Virus record (IMG/VR): IMGVR_UViG_2595698455_000001
Location: 88,428 to 152,427 of that record
Length of the DNA stretch: 64,000 nucleotides
Reading direction: 5' to 3' (one strand)
Source of the DNA: a virus
Lineage: Duplodnaviria > Caudoviricetes
In this document: positions 58,244 through 64,000 of the stretch, piece after piece
How the letters are laid out: every line of letters starts with the position of its first letter
Numbering within the stretch: the first letter of the stretch is position 1
Position numbers and translations under genes: made by a program
Notes under the pieces: generated by a model
What the model saw: the letters and a program-made list of their open reading frames with translations, nothing else
Told to the model about the DNA's origin: nothing
Databases searched by the model: none

Positions 58244-59475
58244 AACATTTGTCTAAAATGCCGACGGGCTATATGCCTCCGGCTGAATGGAAGTATCCGA
58301 TTGATCTGGCTGTTGACTATCGCAAGCCGGAAAATCGCATGTACCTGCTCAAGGCTTGGGTGGAGGCGTTATCCTATACTGAAGAGCACAACCAGCAGAT
58401 GCGTCTGATGGACTATGCAATTGAAGTCACTGAAGGTATCACAGACGCCCAAAAGATCGAACGCAAGATCTGGATGTCGTTCCTTTGGGGCTGCTGCTAC
58501 AACGCCATCGGTCCATGGACAATCTACAGTGAGTTCCCTGTACCGCCTCAGTCCAAAGAAGAGATGCAACGCTTCGCTGACTGGTACAACCTGAACTTCG
58601 AGCGCATGCGCTTCGACACCGACTGCCGCTACCGCAAGTCCAAGATGATCCCTTGTGTTCAGTCCTACATCGACTGGCTTAGAGGCCGCACTCAAATGGA
58701 TGCTTTCCGACCTATGCTGGAACTGGACATCCCCGTACACCAATTCACCAATCTGTGGGATACGGTAATGTCCTGGAAATACTTCGGCCGCCTGAGCGCC
58801 TGGAACTTCCTTGAAGCCCTGAACATGGTCTTTGGCAACATGTGGCAGATTGACGTCCCTGGCTTCATGCTGCGTGACCGCGATGGTAGCGAGTCCAACC
58901 GTAACGGCGCGGCGTTCTTGTCCAACCGTGATGATTGGGTGACCAAGCACGGGAAGAAAAAGATCAATGGCTGCCCTATCACTGATGAAGAGTGTGACAT
59001 CCTTGAGGCCGACCTTGAGCAGGCGTTCCAGGATTGTGTGGCCGAGTTCGGCCACCTGACGTTCATCAATCGCCTGAACTTTGAAACCTCCGGCGCATGC
59101 TGGCTGAAGAAGTTCTTCCGTGAAAAGAACACCCGTTACATTGGGTGGGACGCCGAGCGTACATGGGATGAGATCGACTACATGGAACGCATCTGGCCGG
59201 AGTACTCCTGTGCAGCGCTCTGGGAAGCCCGTTCACTCTGGCTGCCAGATACCCTGTTATGCGAAAAGGCTCCCGCAGGGCACGTTCCAGGCGTCCAGAA
59301 GTGGAAGATGTCCGTGTTCTTTGATACTGGTATCCCTCTGCACATATGGCATCTGCAAAAGGGTACGCGCTGGGAACCATCTGAGGTCTGTAAGAACCTG
59401 AAGGCACCTGTGCACAAGGTTGAGGATAAACCGAAGCCAACCAGCGTCAGTCTTCTCGGATTGTTGAAACGTTGA
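58240..59475 (+). CDS. Amino acid:DNA transferase (aGPT-Pplase2-like), thymidine hypermodification
   Basis: FDTDCRYRK, YFGRLSAWNFLE, ETSGACWLKK; near the kinase gene. Confidence 0.8.
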   Translation: MKHLSKMPTGYMPPAEWKYPIDLAVDYRKPENRMYLLKAWVEALSYTEEHNQQMRLMDYAIEVTEGITDAQKIERKIWMSFLWGCCYNAIGPWTIYSEFPVPPQSKEEMQRFADWYNLNFERMRFDTDCRYRKSKMIPCVQSYIDWLRGRTQMDAFRPMLELDIPVHQFTNLWDTVMSWKYFGRLSAWNFLEALNMVFGNMWQIDVPGFMLRDRDGSESNRNGAAFLSNRDDWVTKHGKKKINGCPITDEECDILEADLEQAFQDCVAEFGHLTFINRLNFETSGACWLKKFFREKNTRYIGWDAERTWDEIDYMERIWPEYSCAALWEARSLWLPDTLLCEKAPAGHVPGVQKWKMSVFFDTGIPLHIWHLQKGTRWEPSEVCKNLKAPVHKVEDKPKPTSVSLLGLLKR

Positions 59476-59511
59476 TATAAATATCCTCGCCTATAAAGTG
59501 AGGATATAATC

Positions 59512-59679
59512 ATGTTACAAGATCTGTTAGTGTATACACTTCCTGGTGTGGTTGTCGGCTTCGTTGCTGGCGCTCTTGTCTTCCGCAAACACGCGCAAGA
59601 CGGTGAAGTCATTGTTCAGAAGGGTAAAGACATCCTGGAACAAATCGAAGCCAAACTGGACGAGCTGAAGAAAAAGTAA
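59512..59679 (+). CDS. Small single-TM late protein (55 aa)
   Basis: Manual ORF; TATAAATA at 59476, GAGGA RBS. Confidence 0.7.
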   Translation: MLQDLLVYTLPGVVVGFVAGALVFRKHAQDGEVIVQKGKDILEQIEAKLDELKKK

Positions 59680-59698
59680 TCTGACTGCGATTGCGTTC

Positions 59699-59740
59699 TT
59701 CAATAAAGGGGAATGGGTTAATATTAGCCCGTTCCCCTTT
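59699..59740 (+). promoter_or_regulatory. TTCAAT-N14 promoter with the -10 element in a hairpin loop
   Basis: AAAGGGGAATGGGTTAA..TTAGCCCGTTCCCCTTT. Confidence 0.6.
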
Positions 59741-59760
59741 CTTTTGCAAGGAAATACATC

Positions 59761-59973
59761 ATGGCAATGCAACGAATTGAAGATGTGTCTCTACTCGATA
59801 TGGAAGCGACTTTTGGCGATTACTTTGAGTCTACCCCAAAACAAAAAGATCCTCTGGTTGGCCGTCTGGTTGTTTCTGAATCATTTGCAGAGAAGGTTCG
59901 CGAAGGTCTTCCTGCAGAATATAGTTGTTTCCGTAATGGCGCTCCTGTTATCATCATGGGTGAATCTAAATGA
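59761..59973 (+). CDS. Hypothetical protein
   Basis: AAGGA RBS. Confidence 0.7.
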   Translation: MAMQRIEDVSLLDMEATFGDYFESTPKQKDPLVGRLVVSESFAEKVREGLPAEYSCFRNGAPVIIMGESK

Positions 59974-60188
59974 TTAAGACTACCAGAACAATGAAGCGCG
60001 CAATCGCTCACTGCGTCCACTCAGTGGCCACTATTATGTTCCGCCATCACATTACATTTGATGAAGCGCTGGACCCACAGTGCCATGAAGAGCGTTGGGA
60101 TCTGTTGTTAAAGAACGGTGCCAATCCTGAGCACAAAGATCAACTCCTTGGGATGACCAAGGCGCAACTCGTCGGTGAATCTAAATGA
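59970..60188 (+). CDS. Hypothetical protein flanked by 16-bp direct repeats
   Basis: ATGA overlaps at both ends. Confidence 0.65.
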   Translation: MIKTTRTMKRAIAHCVHSVATIMFRHHITFDEALDPQCHEERWDLLLKNGANPEHKDQLLGMTKAQLVGESK

Positions 60189-61300
60189 TCTACCTCCTGT
60201 TTGGTGTGCCGTTGATACTGGCCATCCTGTTTGTGGTCTACCACCGCAAGACTCATGAGCCGAAAGAGACTCTGATAGCGACCGCGATTGTAGTGGTGCT
60301 GTCCTGTCTGATTCAGGCGGGGGCTTATGCTGCGTTCTCCCTCGGCAGTTCGGGAGACGTTGAGATCCTGAACGGGTACGTCACTGCAAAGGAGCGGAAT
60401 AAGGTGAGCTGTGAGCACTCGTATGAGTGCAACTGCTACTACACCACATCGTGTTCCGGCTCTGGTAGCAGCAAGTCCTGTACCCGTACCCGCCATTGCA
60501 GCACCTGTTATGAGCATTCTTATGATGTGGACTGGGATGTGCTGACGACTGTTGGTAATCTGACAATCGATCGCATCGACCGTCGTGGCCTTGGCCAGCC
60601 GCCGCGCTGGGCACAGGTTCAGATTGGTGAGCCAGCCGCCCGTGAGCACTCCTACATGAATTATGTGCTGGGCAACAAGGACTCTCTGTTCTCTCGCTCT
60701 GACCAGCAGTTTGCCGAGCGTTTCAAAGACAAGATTCCCAAGTATCCCGAAGTCTATGACTACTATCGTGTCACTCGCGTTCTGAACGTGTCCGGCCTGG
60801 CTTTGCCAACCACATACTGGAACGACTATCTGAATGATGTTCTGAAGAAGCTGGGCGCGGCCAAGCAGGTGAATATCGTCTGGGTTGTGACGTCTGGTCA
60901 GCCAGTTGAATATTTCCAGGGCTTGGTCTACGCATGGGATGGTGGTAAAAAGAACGACGTCATTGTCGTGACCGATATCACCAAGGACATGAAGATCAAT
61001 TGGGGTAAGAGCACGTCATTCGCTGATGGGATGCACAACCGTGAACTTCACTCCCGCAACGGTATGGATCTGACTGGGCATGATATGGGCATCGGCGTCA
61101 TGACAGATGTTGTTGCCAACATCACCAAGGGCTACAACCGCGTCGAGATGAAGGAAATGGAGTACCTGAAGTGGCGGGAACTCAAGACCTGGGAAGTTGT
61201 GATTGTTGTTTTGCTGGGCTGCTTACCGTTCACCGCAATTTTCATATTGCAGCGAATGGAGTACAATGGTGGCCGTCGTCGTTATCCGTTTAATTTTTAA
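60185..61300 (+). CDS. Membrane protein with Cys-rich extracytoplasmic segment
   Basis: Two N-terminal and one C-terminal TM; CEHSYECNC..CSTCYEH; WDGGKKND. Confidence 0.8.
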   Translation: MIYLLFGVPLILAILFVVYHRKTHEPKETLIATAIVVVLSCLIQAGAYAAFSLGSSGDVEILNGYVTAKERNKVSCEHSYECNCYYTTSCSGSGSSKSCTRTRHCSTCYEHSYDVDWDVLTTVGNLTIDRIDRRGLGQPPRWAQVQIGEPAAREHSYMNYVLGNKDSLFSRSDQQFAERFKDKIPKYPEVYDYYRVTRVLNVSGLALPTTYWNDYLNDVLKKLGAAKQVNIVWVVTSGQPVEYFQGLVYAWDGGKKNDVIVVTDITKDMKINWGKSTSFADGMHNRELHSRNGMDLTGHDMGIGVMTDVVANITKGYNRVEMKEMEYLKWRELKTWEVVIVVLLGCLPFTAIFILQRMEYNGGRRRYPFNF

Positions 61301-61319
61301 TCAAAAGAGGAAGTAAAGA

Positions 61320-61889
61320 ATGTCTCAATCTAAGGGTATTGCAACAGGTTGGATCGTTGGTTTGGCTTTGCTGGGCATGGTCATCGTCGGCATCGGTACT
61401 GTCATCAGCTACTTCAACGACTTCAACCGCACTGAACAGCAGGTCAAGAAGTTCAACAAAGACTCTGAGAACTATCTGAGCAACTACACGCTCAAAGTTC
61501 AGGAGACGGCGCAGATTCCTGACATGTACAAAGACGGCCTGAAGGAAGTCATCAAAGGCACGTTCGAAGGGCGTTATGGTGCTGACGGTTCCAAGGCTGT
61601 GATGCAGTGGATCCAGGAACAGAACATTCAGTTTGATTCCAGCCTGTACAAAGAGATCCAGGTTGTCATCAGCTCAGGCCGCGATGAGTTCCGTATCAGT
61701 CAGACCAAGAAGCTCGACATCTGCGCGATGTACGAAACCAAGCTGGCTCAGTTCCCTGGTTCGTTGATTGCTGGCATATTCGGCTACCCACGCATCGATC
61801 TTGACAAGACCTGCCAGGTGGTGAGCGATACCCGTACCCAGGCCGCGTTTGACGCTGGGGTTCAGAAACCGATCAACTTCAAAGGCTGA
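61320..61889 (+). CDS. LemA-like membrane-anchored protein
   Basis: N-terminal TM; YETKLAQFPGSLIAGIFGY resembles the LemA C-terminus. Confidence 0.6.
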   Translation: MSQSKGIATGWIVGLALLGMVIVGIGTVISYFNDFNRTEQQVKKFNKDSENYLSNYTLKVQETAQIPDMYKDGLKEVIKGTFEGRYGADGSKAVMQWIQEQNIQFDSSLYKEIQVVISSGRDEFRISQTKKLDICAMYETKLAQFPGSLIAGIFGYPRIDLDKTCQVVSDTRTQAAFDAGVQKPINFKG

Positions 61890-61893
61890 TATC

Positions 61894-62322
61894 ATGAGCG
61901 TGAAACTGACTGAAGAAACTGCGTTGACTTTGGTACAACAGCAGATGTTCCTTGATGAAGTGGTGATCTCTGCTATCAAGCAAGGGATAATCAAAAACGA
62001 TGCATTGATCACCCGCCCCGAGATGATTCATCATCTGGTGGTGTGCCTCGGTGAAGCCGATAATCCTCGCAAGAAGGTCGTGTTGTTCACCGATGGTGTT
62101 ATCCATCCAAGCGGGAACTGTGCGTTCTTGGATGTGGTCGAACAACCGAACACGAAGGGTAAAGAGATCAAGACTTCTGTTCCGGTGACTCCATACACCG
62201 AGGGTGTTGACCAGCTGTCTTGGTTTGAGACGATCAACACCATCTATGTGATGGCGGTGGGCGGTCGACCTATTCAAGACCTGCGCGGCGTTATCAAACC
62301 AGAACCGAAAACTGAAGTCTAA
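61894..62322 (+). CDS. Hypothetical protein
   Basis: ORF in operon. Confidence 0.7.
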   Translation: MSVKLTEETALTLVQQQMFLDEVVISAIKQGIIKNDALITRPEMIHHLVVCLGEADNPRKKVVLFTDGVIHPSGNCAFLDVVEQPNTKGKEIKTSVPVTPYTEGVDQLSWFETINTIYVMAVGGRPIQDLRGVIKPEPKTEV

Positions 62323-62328
62323 TCGTTC

Positions 62329-62371
62329 TTCAATAAAAGGGGATAGGGTATTATTGCCCTATCCCCTTTTT
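62329..62371 (+). promoter_or_regulatory. TTCAAT-N14-TATTAT promoter with the -10 element in a hairpin
   Basis: AAAAGGGGATAGGGTA..TGCCCTATCCCCTTTT. Confidence 0.65.
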
Positions 62372-62372
62372 C

Positions 62373-62750
62373 ATGGACAAGAACATGACAGACAAGCCAA
62401 GAAAGATTGCGATTGTTGGAGCCGGACTGGGCTCTCGGCTGATCAAAATCCTGCTGGAAGAGAAGCTGCCAGGAGTGGAGGTTGTCCACATCACACCCGA
62501 TGATATTCCGAAGCGTCGGAGTGAACCGGGTGAGCGCATGATCATTTGTGACGAGTTACAACAGATGCTAGACACCAAGGCTCTGATTGCCAAGCTGAAA
62601 CAACGTGACACGGAGATGTCTGCTGAATGTGATATGCGGGAGTTTTACGCTGACCGCCGCTATCAAGAACCCACACGCCTGCGTGGAGCCGCTGCTCACA
62701 AACGCCAGGCCACCAAAATGAAGAACAAAAGCCGGAGCAAACGCAAATGA
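62373..62750 (+). CDS. Hypothetical protein with basic tail
   Basis: KIAIVGAGLG start. Confidence 0.7.
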   Translation: MDKNMTDKPRKIAIVGAGLGSRLIKILLEEKLPGVEVVHITPDDIPKRRSEPGERMIICDELQQMLDTKALIAKLKQRDTEMSAECDMREFYADRRYQEPTRLRGAAAHKRQATKMKNKSRSKRK

Positions 62751-63193
62751 CTACCAAACCAACTTATGAAGAACTGGCACAGACAGTTCTGACATTTGAC
62801 GAAACACTGAAGACCCTGTACAAGGTGCTGGGCAAGAATCCGACTTCAGAGTCAGGCAGCGCAGTCAATCTTCTGTTGTTGCTGAATCCTCTGTGGGATA
62901 TTGATGCCACTGTGGCCGCCCTGAGAGATCCTGGGGCACAGGAGCCAGAGCCAGCCCCTGCCGCCGCAGGCATCCAGAATTATCTGGAGAACTTTGACGA
63001 GTACTCCTTCACCGACCTGCTCCTGCGCGATCTGATCAACACAGAACGTCGCCGCCAGGAAAAGAATTGCCCTGTGGTTCAGTCCGACGAAGAAATCGAG
63101 CAGGCTGTTCGAGACGGGTTGGAAGCCTCTATCGGGCTGGCTGTGATGATCGTCCAGGCGCTGTCATACGCCGCCAAAGGGGAAACCAAATGA
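62747..63193 (+). CDS. Hypothetical protein
   Basis: KPTYEEL start; ATGA overlap. Confidence 0.7.
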   Translation: MTTKPTYEELAQTVLTFDETLKTLYKVLGKNPTSESGSAVNLLLLLNPLWDIDATVAALRDPGAQEPEPAPAAAGIQNYLENFDEYSFTDLLLRDLINTERRRQEKNCPVVQSDEEIEQAVRDGLEASIGLAVMIVQALSYAAKGETK

Positions 63194-63390
63194 AGAAGTC
63201 ATCCGCTGCCGTCGCTGCCATGTTGGCGCTGTCGGAAATGGAAGTCATCGCCACGCATCGCGGGGACGATATGTGGGGACGTCGTTACACTCAGGGCGGC
63301 GCACCCGGTGAACCGGGACATGGCCGCCCGTCTGTAACCCGCAAGAAGAAGGCGAAGACCAATGGAAAGAACAAGCGCAAACGTAAGTGA
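63190..63390 (+). CDS. Small basic protein
   Basis: MKKSSAAV..KKKAKTNGKNKRKRK. Confidence 0.6.
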   Translation: MKKSSAAVAAMLALSEMEVIATHRGDDMWGRRYTQGGAPGEPGHGRPSVTRKKKAKTNGKNKRKRK

Positions 63391-63545
63391 GGAGCGCCTG
63401 AAGGATTTGTCCATCGGCAATCCCAAATTAGCCAGGTCATGGGTGATGTTTGAAGAAGGCAAGATGATGGCCGACGAGATCATCTTCCTTCGAGCAGAGG
63501 TCGCTCGATTAAGTAAAACTGAACCCGAAAAGTAGAGGATATGTT

Positions 63546-63893
63546 ATGAGTTCTATTGAACAGCTGATCACCCCACAGTATGTGTACTCCAACATCGTTG
63601 AGCATCTGCGCTCACAGTTGAACGTGGGAACCCTGAGCAGCACTGACCTGAAAGATCTACAGATCACCGAAGTGGAAGTGGCGGCATTCGGTAGCCGTTA
63701 TCACTTCAACGTGGATTACACCCGCATTGAAGAAGAGAAGGCATCGATCATCGCGCTGGCCACTCCGGTCAACCCTCGCAAAGAACCTGTGTCGGTCACC
63801 CGCACGGTCGTGGGTTATCTTGAGGAAACTCTTGAGCCTGGGGCTACCCGACCGACATTCAACTTCCAGGCACGATTTGCCACAGAAGATTGA
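63546..63893 (+). CDS. Hypothetical protein
   Basis: GAGGA RBS. Confidence 0.7.
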   Translation: MSSIEQLITPQYVYSNIVEHLRSQLNVGTLSSTDLKDLQITEVEVAAFGSRYHFNVDYTRIEEEKASIIALATPVNPRKEPVSVTRTVVGYLEETLEPGATRPTFNFQARFATED

Positions 63894-63900
63894 TCTGAAC

Positions 63901-63924
63901 AAAGCCCTCAGCCGAGGGCTTTTT
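63901..63924 (+). terminator. Rho-independent terminator
   Basis: AAAGCCCTC-agcc-GAGGGCTTTTT. Confidence 0.8.
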
Positions 63925-64000
63925 CAATTGAAGCCCACCACAGTATCATACCCACTCAACCAATATGTTTCCCCTTTGACATTGATAGGATTTCTACACT

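Overview
This is a 64 kb segment of a T4-related, ViI-like (Ackermannviridae) myovirus genome. The single-enzyme tailspike cluster and the heavy homing-endonuclease load suggest a Limestonevirus-like phage (inference, no database search run). Positions ~1-38.7 kb are mostly minus strand: UvsW/exonuclease/UvsY, then the head, tail and baseplate module (gp3, gp23-gp13, VriC-like, tailspikes, gp7, gp6). Positions ~39-64 kb are mostly plus strand: a ~2 kb RNA island, virion and accessory genes, a family-B DNA polymerase, and thymidine-hypermodification genes (PLP enzyme, P-loop kinase, amino acid:DNA transferase). Notable points: (1) The RNA island holds one recognisable tRNA plus a ~730-nt highly structured RNA and several non-tRNA RNAs closed by terminal stems and ending in NCCA. 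(2) The polymerase carries a group I intron and is additionally split into two polypeptides by an antisense HNH gene with no visible splicing element. (3) A GIY-YIG nuclease is fused in frame to the hypermodification kinase. (4) TerL has a mini-intein next to a free-standing HNH. (5) Three Hef-like nucleases differ in the number of ~23-aa repeats. (6) An ART-like protein has a capsid-targeting-like leader. All calls were made by eye from motifs and synteny.
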